Assembly: GCA_013239625.1 (NCBI GenBank)
Contig: MU054001.1
Span: 4,442,167-4,506,166 of the forward strand
Direction: 5' to 3'
DNA: 64,000 bases
Origin: Lama guanicoe
Lineage: Eukaryota
Notes under the pieces: model-generated
Databases searched by the model: none
Told to the model about the DNA's origin: nothing
The model's input: the letters and a program-made list of their open reading frames with translations, nothing else
Part shown: positions 51,486 through 64,000 of the stretch, in pieces
How positions within the stretch are numbered: the first letter of the stretch is position 1
Layout: each line of letters begins with the position of its first letter
Made by a program: the position numbers and the translations under genes

Positions 51486-51549
51486 TTTCCTCTTTTTAAA
51501 AAAATTATTTCCTCTTTTTAAAAAAATTATTTCCTCTTTTTAAAAAAAT
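51486..51549. repeat. ~22-bp tandem repeat x3 (tttcctctttttaaaaaaatta)
   Basis: Three near-identical consecutive units. Confidence 0.9.
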
Positions 51550-51998
51550 AGTATTTTTAAAAATAGATGATAGGTACACATGGTGCAAAATTCAAAAGAA
51601 AAGATAAACAGTAAAAAAGTAGTTCTCCCATTTCTGTTTCTTAGCTTAACTGTTTCTTGTTTCTTTATCCGTATGCAAGTGTATATAAATTTACACACAA
51701 GCGGTAGCACTTGTATGCTGGGAGCACTATTCTAGCTCTTTAAATATTTTTTCCATTACATCTTAGACATGATTTTGCGTTGATGAAGTGTATCACTGCC
51801 TCTTTTTAATGATTGCAGATCATTCTGGAGTAGAGATGTGTCTTAATTTATGTCATCAGATATTATTGATAGACATTTTAGGTCATTTCTAATCTGGCTG
51901 CTTGAGCAAAAAATTCTGATGTAAGTTGGTTTGCTTTTCTGTTATAGAACCACCCACTTTTTTTTTTTTGAACCACCCTTTTTTGAAGTCAATTTCAA

Positions 51999-52145
51999 GA
52001 TTATTTTTAAAACTTTAATTTTATTTTTTTGGGGGGGGTAATTTGGCTTATTTGTTTATTTTTAGAGGAGGTTCTGGGGATTGAACTCAGGACCTTGTGC
52101 ATGCTAAGCATGTGCCGTACCACTTGAGCTATATCATCCCCTCCA
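51999..52145 (-). mobile_element. vic-1-type tRNA-derived SINE
   Basis: ggggattgaactcaggacc...gcatgctaagcatg; imperfect TSD gaagtcaatttcaa / gaagctaatttcaa. Confidence 0.85.
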
Positions 52146-53494
52146 GAAGCTAATTTCAAATATTCCTAATGGTTATTCAATAATAAATAACAAAATTGGG
52201 TTTCTGCTATTGGGAATATAAAGAAAACTCACATTGTAAATTTTATGAATGGAAGTATTTTACTTTGACAAAACACTCATGCTTGTCTTTAGGCCATAAA
52301 TTAGCATGATGGGCTCACATTTGGAAAGGAGGTCCGATCAGGTATACCTTCTGACACTGTAGCAGGACATTTGGAATATAGTAATAGACATTGGTTTATC
52401 CCACTGTATCACCCACTATAACACACTATACTGCTTTGTGAATGCTGGGAAGACAGGTGGGGAGACTGGCTTCCTTCTGCCTTGTAATTGTATAGCCATT
52501 CTTCATGTACGGACTCCTGTGCCTGCTCCCTTCACTGATGTGATGGGAAAGCACTGGCTTCTGTCATGGGAAACTCTTCGATTGGTTCCATCAGCCAGTC
52601 CTCTGGGCAGATTGTGAGGTGCTGTGACCCTGCCTTGGAGTCAGGACCACGTGTTTGTGTCCAGAGTGACCTTGGGCAAGTTGCATCAGCTCTCAACCTC
52701 AACATCTTCTTGTGAATCAGGTTAACCTCACCTCATTCCCGTATGGTTAGGAGGAACTGATGCAGAATGAGAAAGAACTGGAAACTTAACGCAGGGCTAT
52801 ATTTCATCATTTCTAAGATGCATATTTTTTCTCATTGGTGTCTCTGAAGTCATGACACGTGTAATGGAAGGCATCTCGCTGCAATAATTAGCAGATTTGT
52901 TTCTTCCTGTATTAAATAATGTTAAGTCTCACAAACAGTGATGGCAGTGGTCATTATTAGGCCAGTGAGTTACAGGTCAGGAACTGACAGGAGAAGCTGG
53001 ATGTCTCCGAAGACTCCCCTTCAGAGTGGGAAGAGGTGGGAGCCCACATCCGCCTGCTGGGTGCTTGCATTTCTCTTGTCTTGCCCTGAAAGCTTGTTTG
53101 TGCTCCTCCCACCCAAAGCAGCAGATCCTTTCCATCAGGGCTGGGGTCATTATATCATACTGTCTTTGGCCACTACTTGGGTTGGAATGTTGGTGTTAGT
53201 AAGAAGGAAGGAAGAGCAATATTCCTTCTCCACAACCCCTGCAGCATAGCTCTTTCTCCTCCACAGTCACCCGGGGCAGGGGTCCCTGGGGTCTATTGTT
53301 CTGTCTTTTTCTTTGGTGGAAAGTGTGGGCATCGAGACATATTTTTGGCCTGTGATGGCCCCGCATGATGTGTTTCACACTCCCCTATGGCTTGTCTCTG
53401 TGTTGTTCCTCCTGGCTCATTCTCACTTCCCAGCACAGTGTGTGGACCACTGATACTACCTGAGGTGTTTGTAGGGGGCAAATGGACACTCTTC

Positions 53495-53545
53495 TTTCCT
53501 CCCTCCCTCCCTTCCTTCCTTCCTTCCTTTCCGTCTTTCCTTCTT
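53495..53545. repeat. (CCCT/CCTT)n pyrimidine microsatellite
   Basis: cctccctccctcccttccttccttccttcc. Confidence 0.85.
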
Positions 53546-53561
53546 CATTCATTCAAAAAAA

Positions 53562-53681
53562 TTTTTTTTTAATTTTGAGGGAAGGTAATTAGGGTTAATT
53601 TTTTAATGGAGGCACTGGGGATTGAACCCAGGGCCTCATGCATGCTAGGCATGCACTCTACCACTGAGCTATACCCTCCCC
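53562..53681 (-). mobile_element. vic-1-type tRNA-derived SINE
   Basis: tggaggcactggggattgaacccagg...ctctaccactgagctataccctcccc. Confidence 0.88.
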
Positions 53682-54843
53682 ACGCATTTTTATTATAACA
53701 GTTCATCCAGCAGCAAACATTGAGCACCTGCCCCAGGCTTACCATGGTTGCAGGTCCATACAAAATGATTTGTTAGGTCTGTCTTTTGTAACAGTTTGAA
53801 AAATTTCAACCTACAGAGAAATGGTAAGATTACAATAAATTCCCGTATCTTTCATACACATTCACCCATCATTGACATTTTGTCTCATCTGCTTTGTCTT
53901 TCTCACTCTATAATTCATACATATACATATGATACCTGAATTCTTTTTTTTTAATTTAGCCATTTGAGAGTAAGTTGCAGTAAGTGCCCTTCACACCTAG
54001 ATATTGCAGCATTTATCTCCTAAGAATAAGGATTTTATTCTCTTAACCATAGTGAAATTGTCAAAATCAGGAAATGTAATAGTGTTACAAAGCTGTTGTC
54101 TTAAGTATATGTGTTTATAGTTGTCCCAATACCATCCTTTAAAGCAACTTTTTCCTCACTCTAGGATCCAATTCATGGCCACACAATGCATTCAACTGCC
54201 ATATCTCTTTGGGTATCTACTGTTTTACAGAAGACCCTTTAATTTGAGTTTTCCAGTTACTTTCCTTTTGGTACAAGTGACGCTAGTTTTCCATTTGTGG
54301 TCCTGGGAAGTTTCCTTTTAAAATAATTTATTAAAATTAACAAGTGAGTCCATTTAAAGAAAAATAGGAAGTAAACAGTACAAGAGATGCAAGGAACTGA
54401 TAAAAATGGTGACTGCAGTATATGAATGACCGAAATTTGGAAAATCTGTACAGATTTTCCAGATTGTCAGAATGTCATCCTCTCTGGGACCTTGGTGGCG
54501 GGAGAGGCCAGGGCAGCCTGCAGCCCTGCTCAGGCCCTGGGTCTGTGAGCTGCCAGTGGTTGTGGCAGCCCCAGTGGGGCCTCTGCTCCCACTGCCGGCA
54601 GTCCCTTGCCATGCCAAGCAGGACTCGTTCCTTGGATTTCCACCCTGTCCCACAGATGGCGTTTTCCTGTCTGCCCCTTCTACTTCAATTCTCTAAGCTT
54701 TAAAGTCTTAAGTTCTGACTTGCCTTGAAGCCTTTCCTATGGGGAGCAGATTAGTCACATGGACTGCACTCTGCCATTAATAGAATCCTACTTTTTCTGA
54801 AGGGCTTTTTACTTTTTGTTTTTATTTATTTATTCATTTATTC

Positions 54844-54867
54844 GTGTGTGTGTGTGTGTGTGTGTGT
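54844..54867. repeat. (GT)n microsatellite at the tail of an L1
   Basis: About 12 GT units. Confidence 0.9.
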
Positions 54868-55432
54868 TGAGGTATGACTGACTGACCAAAAAAGCTGTAC
54901 ATGTATAATGTATATGTATTAATGAGTTTGAAGGTAAGTGTGCCCCCATGAAACGGTCCCCATATACGATGCTCTGAAATTATCCGTCACCTCTAGAAGT
55001 TTCCTCCTCCCCTCTTTTTTTTCTTTTGATATGAATGTAAGATCTACCTTCTTAAAATACGTGAAGTATACAATGCAGTGTTAACTACAGACACTGTGCT
55101 GTATAGTAGATCTTCAGGAATTATTCATCTTTATGCATAAGCGAAGTGTCCCTTTTGACCAGCACCTCCCCAATTCCCCCTCCCCCCAGCCCCTGGTAAC
55201 CACCAGTCTACTTTCTACTTCTGTGAGTTTGATTATTTTAGATTTCTCATATGAGTGGGATCATATATATTCTTCTGGGTCTGGCTTATTTCACTTAGCA
55301 TATTGTCTTCCAGGTCCATCCGTGTGGTAGCAAATGGCAAGATTTCCTTCTTTTTTTAAGGGAAAAATATGTCTGTATATACACCACGTTTTCTTTATCC
55401 ATTTTTCCATTGATGGACATTTAGGTTGGCTT
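54868..55432 (-). mobile_element. Old L1 (L1MA-like) 3' end
   Basis: cagcccctggtaaccaccagtctactttctac...ggcttatttcacttagcat...tgatggacatttaggttg. Confidence 0.8.
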
Positions 55433-56077
55433 GTGGCTTTTTTTTTTTTGAATGATGTAATATATCTTTTCTTTGATGAGGCGCATGTCTTAGGTGTCCA
55501 ACTAGGCTCCAAGTTCTAGGAGGGTGGGGACGCTGTCTCCTAGGAGTTCCCCAAAGTGTGGAGTTCCTGGCCTTGAATACAGAAGATGTTCAGGAAAGGC
55601 AGCCTCTCTTCTCCGTTCTCACTGCCTCTCAGGCCTGCGTTACTCTTTGTCTGGACCCCTGGGGTTACCCCTTCACTGGTGCATCGCTTTTCTCTGATGC
55701 TGACCTAGTGTTCTGGAAATGGTATGAATCTAATTCAGTCACACCCGTGCTTTCCGCCACCTCAAATATCTACTTAAAACCTTTCATTGCCTACAGGAGT
55801 GTTTTTCAAATTAGGGACACAGACCCCTAGGAGTCTTCAAAACTATATCGAGGTGGCTGTGAGTTCTACAAGGATCTTTTGATCTTGAGTTTTGGTTTTA
55901 ATGATAATCTTCAAGAGGTTTTTTAATATCAGCTTATACTGGATTATCTGGGTCACTACTTTATAACCGATCCTGCTGTACGATTTCAGTGCCTGCATTT
56001 CTGTTTGATTTGCTTTGGTGACAAGAGACCATCCACAGTGATAGGGTTTTAACTGTTCACTCAGTATGTTTCCCATG

Positions 56078-56080
<3 letters not shown>

Positions 56081-56118
<38 letters not shown>
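56081..56118. repeat. (TG)19 microsatellite
   Basis: Perfect TG run. Confidence 0.95.
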
Positions 56119-56120
<2 letters not shown>

Positions 56121-58058
56121 TTTGCAGCTTTGAGAAGCACTAGGCCATGGGCTAAAACTGTACTCCTTAACTCAGTATACAGGGACCTCCATGCTCACAC
56201 TCATGTTACCTCTCCAGCCTCAAGTCTTACCTCTGTCCATGCCCATCCAGTGCGACGGCTTCCTCCCTGATCCCACAGCCTCAGTCCTCAGGGTACCCCC
56301 TGAATTCCTTTCACCTCTTCAGACTCAACTCTGTGTCCCTTCCTCTCGGACGCCTTCTCAGACTGCGACATTTCCTCTGTAGTTCCTCGAATGCCCTTGG
56401 TGACAGCGTTTATCTCATTGATGCCATCAAGCATCCACTTGTCTGTCTTCCTGGCAGACAGTGAGCCCCAGGGGACAGGGCTGTCCTCCCTGCCTTTCTG
56501 TGCCTAATACAAACTTGTCACATGATCTTGTCTAACCTGGAGGCTTTGAGCTCTCTTCCCATGATAGCTTCGATCACATGTCCTGGGGAGCTGGGTTTGC
56601 TGCTCTGAGAGACTGTCTAGTATCCTGTCATGTGTATACTAGATGCTCAATTAACATCTTCTGATTTCTTTGCTCAAGACTGAGATCAAGGGTAATTTTC
56701 TTCCCTGATGGACAAATGTTTTTGAAAAGGAAAAAAATTAGAACTGTCAATTAAGATGCCAAAAAAGCTTTGCTGACATATTATTTTGCAGTTTTCCTTA
56801 AAATCTGCCTCACTTGGTTACAGCATCAGAGTGTTTGCTGAAATACATTGCAAGAATTGCTTATGGACTATTCTGGACACATTGAAAGTTTCCTTGAATT
56901 ATTTTCTCAGTGCAGGCTACTCTCATGCTCACTTGGCACTGCCACCATTTTTTCTGATGTCTCTGGTTATGCTTATTGCACAGTACTTTTCAGAGCCAGC
57001 CACCTCAGAGCCTCTGAGCCTGTTCTGCCAGCCATGCAATTTGGCTGCCAAAGGCAACCGCCCTCACGGCCTCTGTGGTCGACTCACTGTATGATGCTTG
57101 TGTTCCCGGGGGCCGCTGGGCAAATGAATTGGCTTGAACTTGAACCCTCTTCTCTCTCCTGTGCTTGTTTGTGTATGATAAACTTTCTGAAGATGTTTGA
57201 AAAGTAAATGTTTGAATTGCGCATCCTTATTTGATTGACCTTTTGCACTCCCCTCACTGTCTTGTCGGACTAGAGAGGGGCTGCTTGGCTGGCTTGCTGG
57301 GGGCAGGAGAGACTTGGAGCCGCTGCCTTGAGAAGGCACCCTAGTGGCTCTCTGCGTCTTGACTGTTTCCTAATATTCCTCTGGCAGAGACTGGCTGTTG
57401 TGTAGAAATTAACTTAATGGGAGTTTTTCACAAGTAGAACCCTGCATCGTCTCCCCTGAGAATCACAACGAAGGGCATGTAACCCCTGGGGATTCTGTTG
57501 TCTCAGATCTGATACCTGAGCAGGGGAAGAGTGACAACCAGTTTATAAAAATGACACTTTCTACTATTATACATGTAATATACACTCAAGGCAGAAAAGA
57601 TGCAAGATTCAGAAATTCACAAATAAAAAGGCACAATTTCAACACCCTGAGGCGGCTGTCAGTGCCTCTTTCCTATATTTCCTTCCACACTGTCCCTCTG
57701 CACATTTACGGATTTGTTTTACAAGTGTAGCGTACTGTTTCTTTCACTCCTCAATAGAGCATGAACATCTCACCATGTCAATATTTATTCCTTTACCATA
57801 TGTAGAGAGCACATTTTACTTAACCAGTCCCTTGTTGGACATCGGGTTTGGTTCTAATCTTGTTATTATAGTTATCTTGTGATAAACATCTTTATTTGTG
57901 CGTCTTCCCTGGCATCTCTTTTATAATTTCCTGAGGATAAATTCTGAGAAATGAAATAGAATTCTTGAATCAAAGAGAATGTACATTTTTTAAAACACCA
58001 AAATATAAATAGATCGATTTAGCAAATGTCATCCACGTAGAATATGAAAGCTAAATCT

Positions 58059-58176
58059 GGGGAGTAGGGTAAGCTCAGTGGTAGAGCGCATGCTTAGCAT
58101 GCGTGAGGTCCTGGGTTCGGTCCCCAGTACCTCCACTAAAAACATACATACACTTAATTACCCCCTCCCCCCAAAA
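58059..58176 (+). mobile_element. vic-1-type SINE derived from tRNA-Ala(AGC)
   Basis: Pol III A box (agctcagtgg) and B box (ggttcggtccc), anticodon arm gcatgcttagcatgc, TSD atgaaagcta[a/g]atct at 58044-58058 and 58177-58191. Confidence 0.92.
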
Positions 58177-58279
58177 ATGAAAGCTAGATCTCCAATCCCA
58201 CAATCACTGTGAATAGCTGGTGACTCTCCTTTAAAATTTCTGTCTGCTTTGCTGTGGATGACATCACGTCACACATGTT

Positions 58280-58520
58280 GGGAAGCAGTATCAGACCATA
58301 GACTTTGGAGCCACGCTGCCTGGGTTCTGAGTCCTGTTTTACCACCAACCTGCCGTGTGACCTTGCCAAGTCACTTTAGCTCTCCTTGCCTCAGTTTTCT
58401 CATCTACACAGTGGGGACAATAGATGTACCCACCTCATAAAGTTGTAAGGAAAAATGAACTACTCTAGGTAGAGAGCTTAGCATAGCCCCTGGCACACAG
58501 CAAGTGCTTGTGGTTATTTC
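58280..58520 (+). mobile_element. MIR SINE
   Basis: agactttggagccacgctgcctgggttc...gtgtgaccttgccaagtcactt...gcctcagttttctcatct. Confidence 0.8.
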
Positions 58521-59558
58521 ATCTAGTTTTTCACTTAGCAAGTCACCCTGCACATGGATGAACATAGATCCAGCTACTCTTTTTAGTGGCTGTGTAGTAT
58601 TCCATTATAAGACTGCATTTGTGTGTGTGTGTGTTTTCCTCCAGTCTCCTGCTCTTGCTAGTTACCTCCATGTGATAAACTCCTCAAGCTGGGGTTGATG
58701 GGAGTGTTCACTTTTAAAGGCTTTTTAAGTATACGAATTTCTAAGTTACATCTTCAGAGAGAATAGCTAGCATGCCTGCTTGGCAGGGAAGCCACTGGGT
58801 TTTTAAGAAAAAAGTGTTGTGCTTTGCTGGGTGGCTTCATCTTGTCACCTGGGTATAACTGGAATTGTGAGAACAATGGAGAACATAGACTTTATTGCTG
58901 AACTTGAATGGCCGAGACCCCCACCGCTGTTGTGCAGTGCCGCTCCATGAGAGTCCAGGAATTCCAAAACAGCCTTGTCACTGTTGCCCTCTTAGCCTCT
59001 CTTGTAAGACATACAATACAGGGAAATTATCCAAAAGCAAAGAAGGGCTGGTTCAGTTTACTGTTTTCTATTGTTTTGTCCTGATTTCCCCTACTCTTTG
59101 TAATGTTTTAATTGGAAATGTAATTCATGCAAAAACTTGCAACTAGTTAAAAAAAAGGAAGTTTAGTATGAAAAAATAAATCACCCCCCTCCTTCCCCAG
59201 ATCCTAGTCTTCCTCCTTGAGGCAACTGATGTTACCAATTTTTTTGTGTGTCTGTGTAGAAATATTTTTACTCCTGTGTGAATATATAGCTGTGTCCTAA
59301 CTGTTTTCTAGAAGTAAGAGTGTACTGAAGCCTTCTTCTGCACTTTGCTTTTTTTCACATAGCAGCGTAGAAGGGTTTTCGTTTTCCATAACCTGTCTGA
59401 AGGGCATTTCGTGTTAATACCCTTCAATGGTCAATGAGCACGTTACTAAATGATTGAAGGACTGCTTCTTGTCATATGTAGGGGGACAGTTATTCTCTGA
59501 CCAGCTGCCAAATCTCTCCCAGAAAGTCCCATGGAAGTGAAATGAAACAGTTACTTCT

Positions 59559-59685
59559 TTTTTTTAAATTTAATTTAATTTATTTACTTTTTAAAACATT
59601 AAAAAAATTGATGGAGGTACTGGGGATGAACTCAGGACCTCCTGCATGCTAAGCACACGCTCTACCACTGAGCTCTACCCTCCCC
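59559..59685 (-). mobile_element. vic-1-type tRNA-derived SINE
   Basis: Perfect 16-bp TSD tgaaacagttacttct at 59543-59558 and 59686-59701. Confidence 0.92.
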
Positions 59686-62029
59686 TGAAACAGTTACTTC
59701 TGTCCTGCCCATTGCTTAACGCAGACCAGACCCAGAGCAGAGTGGGCAGGACTTGGCATTTCAAGATCGAGTTTGGCAGCTGACTGACTCACAGAGTGTC
59801 GCTGAAAGGAGACAGTCTCCCTTCTGGGCCCTGGTTTCCTCATTTTTAAAGTGAAGAACTACGGTCTAGGATCACAGGTGAGTGAACCACACAAGGTCAA
59901 GGCCTTTGTCTCCCTCCCCACCGCAGGCCCCACTCCCAGAACAGCATGCAGAGGGCCGACGGGCACGTGCTCCCTGCCAGCTCCAAAATCCCCTTCCTGT
60001 GTGTGCTCCGGGGCACCTCCATCGTCTGCAGGGTCCTTCAGCGAGGAGACTGGCTCTGCCAGAATAGTGGTCCCTGACCTCACAGAGTCCACAGTCACGG
60101 ACAGACCCTGGAAGAGAAGAGGAGGAGGGCCTTCTGAGAGCCCGAGCTGTCCTTCCGCAGCAGCCGGCCAGCTGGTTTGTGTCTCCATTGTTCTGGGTGT
60201 CTGTTTTTTAAGTGGCCTGTTTCATTGCAGGAGAGGCACCCACGCCAGTCGTTCTCACCCTGCCACCCGCAGACCTCAATGCCAAACTCATGAGATGATG
60301 ACAGCTCCTAGTCAGATGTATAAACTGCATTAAGTGCTCATGCAGATCAGTCCATTTAATCCTCCTAATTGCCTTCTGAAGTGGGTACATGTTATCACCT
60401 CAGAGAGGTTAGGTCACTTGATCAAGATCACACAGCTAATAAGTAGCAGAACTACAAACCCTGCTGTGTGACTCCCGTGCCATGAACAAGGGGGACTTGG
60501 TGAGGGTGGAGGGGGTGGGTTCACGTCTCGCTTCGGCTTTGCCTGTAAACTATCCTGTGCAACTGTGGACCAATCCCTTCTCTTCGGTTCTCAGTTTTCC
60601 CACTTGAACCATGAGAAAGGATTATATCATCTCTCAGGCTTCGAGTTCTGCACGTTAGAATTCTGGGACGTTTGTGCTATTTTGATGCCAGGAGACACAT
60701 GGCATATTCAAAGGGTTTTAATAGAAAAGGGTCTGATAAAGGGACTAGTTCCAGAGGCATGGGAACTCAACAAAGGATGGGGAGGTCCTGGGGGGCCGTG
60801 ACCAACACACGGCTGTTCCCACCACTGGGCGTGGAAGGAGCGGGAGAGGCAGTGGAGTTAGTGGAGTTCAGGGAAAGCTGGACGCATGGGAGAGGGCTTG
60901 CTGGGAGCTGTGGCCTTTGCTGGAGGGAGGCAGCCCCTCCAGAACCGGAAGTGGCCCCGGGCCCCCCACCGAGCCCCCAAGTGTTTCCTCCACATCCACC
61001 ACCCAGGAATGGCAGCCGGGTGGTTGGAAATCCAGGGGACAGGGTGCAGTGTGTTCACTCCCTGCTTAGAGCAGGCTGGTGTGTGCAGGGAGCAGACAGG
61101 AACCAGCAAAGGGAATTTGCCGGGGTCCTAGTCTGTCCTTTGAGGGAGGAGTGCAGTCAGTTACATAACCGACAGGTGCCTGCTGAATGGCAGCGATACA
61201 GCAGTAAGAAGCCCCCTGCTGCCTGCCACAGGCCTGGGGAAGCAGCAGGCATCCCACGTCCCAGGTTTTGCTTTTCAAAATGGGCAGAGAAGCCGGCAGG
61301 CTCAGCTCTCCTCTGATTCACGGAGCTAGTTCTCATGATCCTGAATCACGTTTCCACCTTTCCCAGCATCCTTTCCTACAAGATGAATTGGGCAGAATGA
61401 TTACTGCAACAAGAATTTCCTTAGAAATAAATGTCCTTGCTCATCGAGAATTCATCTTAGGCTCTCGATTCCAGGGAGAAAAGGATTTTAGGCCACTCCA
61501 AAAACTCAAGCGAGAGGGGTTGGTAGAGGAGAAATAATCATGTTTGGAGGCTGCAACTTGTAATTGTAGCAGAGTGACTTTCCTAGTGATTTCTGGGGGC
61601 TGTCCCTTCCGGGAACTGACCATGCCTGCCTTTCAAGTCTCCCTTGCCCTACCCACCATTCAGGTGTTGCTTCAAGATCCACTTGGAAGCAGCCTCCAGG
61701 GCTGCCTGGTCCCTCCTCTCCCAGCCCCATGAGTCTGCTCTACACTGAGTCACCCACATGCTGGGCAGTTGGACACTGAGTTTTTTGCCAAGGTCTCTCA
61801 GCAACAGCATTCAGCCTGGTTGTTTCCAAACATGCAGTGGGCATGCTGGGAGCACAGTGTGGCTTCTCTCCCCACCCGGTAAGGGAGGATCGATGGTCAT
61901 AGACTTTCTATCAGTATATGTTAGCAGCTTTAAAAAACATTCTGCTTTGATTCACAATCTCCGCTTTTGGGTCCATCTCTTAAGAAATGAAAGATTTGCA
62001 CTGTGGATGAAAACATGCCTGACAAATCA

Positions 62030-62480
62030 GTAACAGGATTTAGGTCAGAAACCCAACTCAGACTGACTAGAGCAAACATGAGAATTTATTAGCTCATGTG
62101 ACATAAAAAGTCAAGGAGTCCAGGGGATCATGTGCTGCTGTTTGCTCTTCTCTTGATGGGAAGATACACACCAGCATCTCCAGGCTTTCATCTTAACCTG
62201 CCAGGACACCAGTGTCCTCTCTTCATGGGAGGTCACAGCTGTTCTAGGATTGAGTCTCTGGCTCTTATTGGGCCACATGCTCATCCTGGACCTGATCACT
62301 GTGGCTAGAGGGATGGAAGAAGCCGATTGGTTGGGCCTTGGTCACATGCTGTCTCCTAGAGCTGGGGAATAAGGCCATCCCCACATGGACCACACTGGGA
62401 GGTGGGAGGGGCTCCGTGGGGATACCTGGAGTGCTCCTGCCTAAAGAAGGGTGCATGTTGGGTGAGCAAAGACTCGTGAA
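62030..62480. mobile_element. Old MaLR LTR (MLT1J/K/L-like)
   Basis: cagaaacccaactcagactg...gaatttattagctcatgtgac; gattggttgggccttggtcacatgc. Confidence 0.6.
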
Positions 62481-64000
62481 ATCCTTGACTTCCTCAAAGC
62501 ATCACATGAAAAAGTGAGAAGCCAAACAAATGACCAGCTCTGGAAGAATGGCTTAAATTGTGGCTTATTCATAAGATGGAATATTATGCAACCACTAAAA
62601 CATATTAAAATTAAATCTATGGAGAAAATTTAGTGGTAGGATTTATGCTAGTATGATTTGACAAAATAGGTTACAAGGTGTATATGCAGTATCGTTTCAA
62701 CTGGGTAAAATATATACGCTTTGAAAAATGCCATAAGAAAATATAGAGAAATGTTCACAGTAATTATCTCACAGTGATATGGGTAAACTTCATTCTGTGA
62801 TCCTTTTCGTTTCCTTTTTTCTTTTTATATATTAAAGTGCTCATTCTATGCATGCCTAAAGAACAAATCCTAACTTAAAATCCAGGCTGCAACATAACTT
62901 CCACTGGACCAGTGTGTGGCTGTGCTGCAACCAAGTGGGGACAAGAATTGAGGGTGAGGTGGAGACAAGGGTGGAGGGTGGCATGGAGGGGAGGGGAGGG
63001 AGGCAGCTTTGCCAAGTCCACGGCTGTGAGCCTGGAAGAAAGCGGCAGGCAGGTTTGCGCCCAGCTGCAGGTGACTGCGGGAGGTGTGGCTGGGGAATGG
63101 CAGTAACTCTTAGTTCCCTGGACAGGCAGCCCAGCTCCACTCTTTTAAAACCTCGTCCATTCATTTGTTCATTCAGTCACTCATTCATTCAGTAGATGAG
63201 TGCCCCTGGGCACGAAGGGGCATGGAAGTTCACAGGCCCGCGTGAGGACACGCATGCGCGCTCGCGGCTACTGCGGGCTCGCCGCGTATCGTGGGCCTGG
63301 AGACCCATGATCACTGGCAGAGGCGCTTTTGAGAGGAAGCTGACACACTGTGAGGACGCAGCAGCCGATTCTGAGCGAGGGCCGTGGGTCGTCTGCAGGT
63401 AAGCTGAGGCACAGGAGGACCGCACTTGGCATGAGAGGGAGTGTTAGACAGTAAGTAAGCCTGGGCGCTGTGTCCCCGGCTCTGAGCGAGGGGCTGAGGG
63501 TACCAGGCCCTGGATGGAGACTGACTGGGGATGTGGGGGAGACCAGGGAAAGCTGAAGGGGGCACATGGGTCAGGGCAGTCAGCTCCAGGGAGGCGGTGG
63601 AGGGGCGCAAGGAGTTGTGAGGGAGGCAGGCTTCTGCTCAGAACAGGTGAGGCAGACAGCAGCCCAGCAGTTAGCAGAGAGGTGGCCTCCGGCTCAGGGG
63701 TCCAGCTTTCCTCTGCAGCAAACAGTCCCAAGCTCTGAGACCCAGGGTAAGCTCTGGTTTTCTCACCTGGAAGAGGGGACTTCATCCTGCTCTCCTTGGG
63801 GAGTACCTGCGCCAGCATCAGGTAGACAAAAGGTGCACAGTTTCCAGGAAGAGGATGGGAGACAAACCTGGGACCACATCCCAGATAACACCTTGGCCTC
63901 AGCCATACCAGGAGGCAGGTCAGTGGGGCAGGTTGTATTTTCTAAAGAGAGCCACGATTGTCTCCCATACTGTGTATTTTCTTGTAATATGACCTTGGCA

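Noticed and set aside
51486..51549. CRISPR-like or functional array
   Set aside because: Simple AT-rich tandem repeat without spacers, in a mammalian genome.
54463..54696. GC-rich segment with PLLPLP-containing ORF 54472..54696 as a further exon
   Set aside because: The acceptors at 54462 and 54470 do not put that frame in phase with exon 45103-45249, and the acceptors are weak.
58059..58135. Functional tRNA-Ala gene
   Set aside because: Altered 5' acceptor stem, SINE tail, TSD and many dispersed copies in the window show it is a SINE.
60672..61316. 214-aa ORF
   Set aside because: Starts at a non-ATG codon, GC-rich, no recognisable domain or convincing splice context.

Overview
Mammalian genomic DNA, most likely camelid, judged from many tRNA-Ala-derived vic-1-type SINEs and lineage-type young L1 3' ends. 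It is heavily repeat-laden. The main content is a multi-exon + strand gene that the ORF track only shows in fragments. I assembled it by hand: a CpG-island promoter and non-coding exon 1 (~4.6-5.2 kb), then nine coding exons (11023-11081, 30105-30185, 32747-32829, 33021-33147, 36522-36721, 39603-39878, 41006-41197, 45103-45249, 47583-47641). All introns are GT-AG with compatible phases, giving one open 1224-nt CDS (407 aa). The middle of the protein is a clear but divergent paralog of nuclear receptor coactivator 5 (NCOA5/CIA): an anticodon-binding-like domain followed by an IxxLL/LxxLL box. It lacks the NCOA5 Arg/Asp-repeat N-terminus and instead has two duplicated Pro-rich exons with PLLGE[RK]P motifs. 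It is probably an intact ortholog of the locus that is a pseudogene in human (NCOA5LP, from memory). The rest is L1, L2, MIR, MaLR/ERVL LTRs, DNA transposons, SINEs and microsatellites. Repeat subfamily names are from memory, and boundaries without TSD support are approximate.
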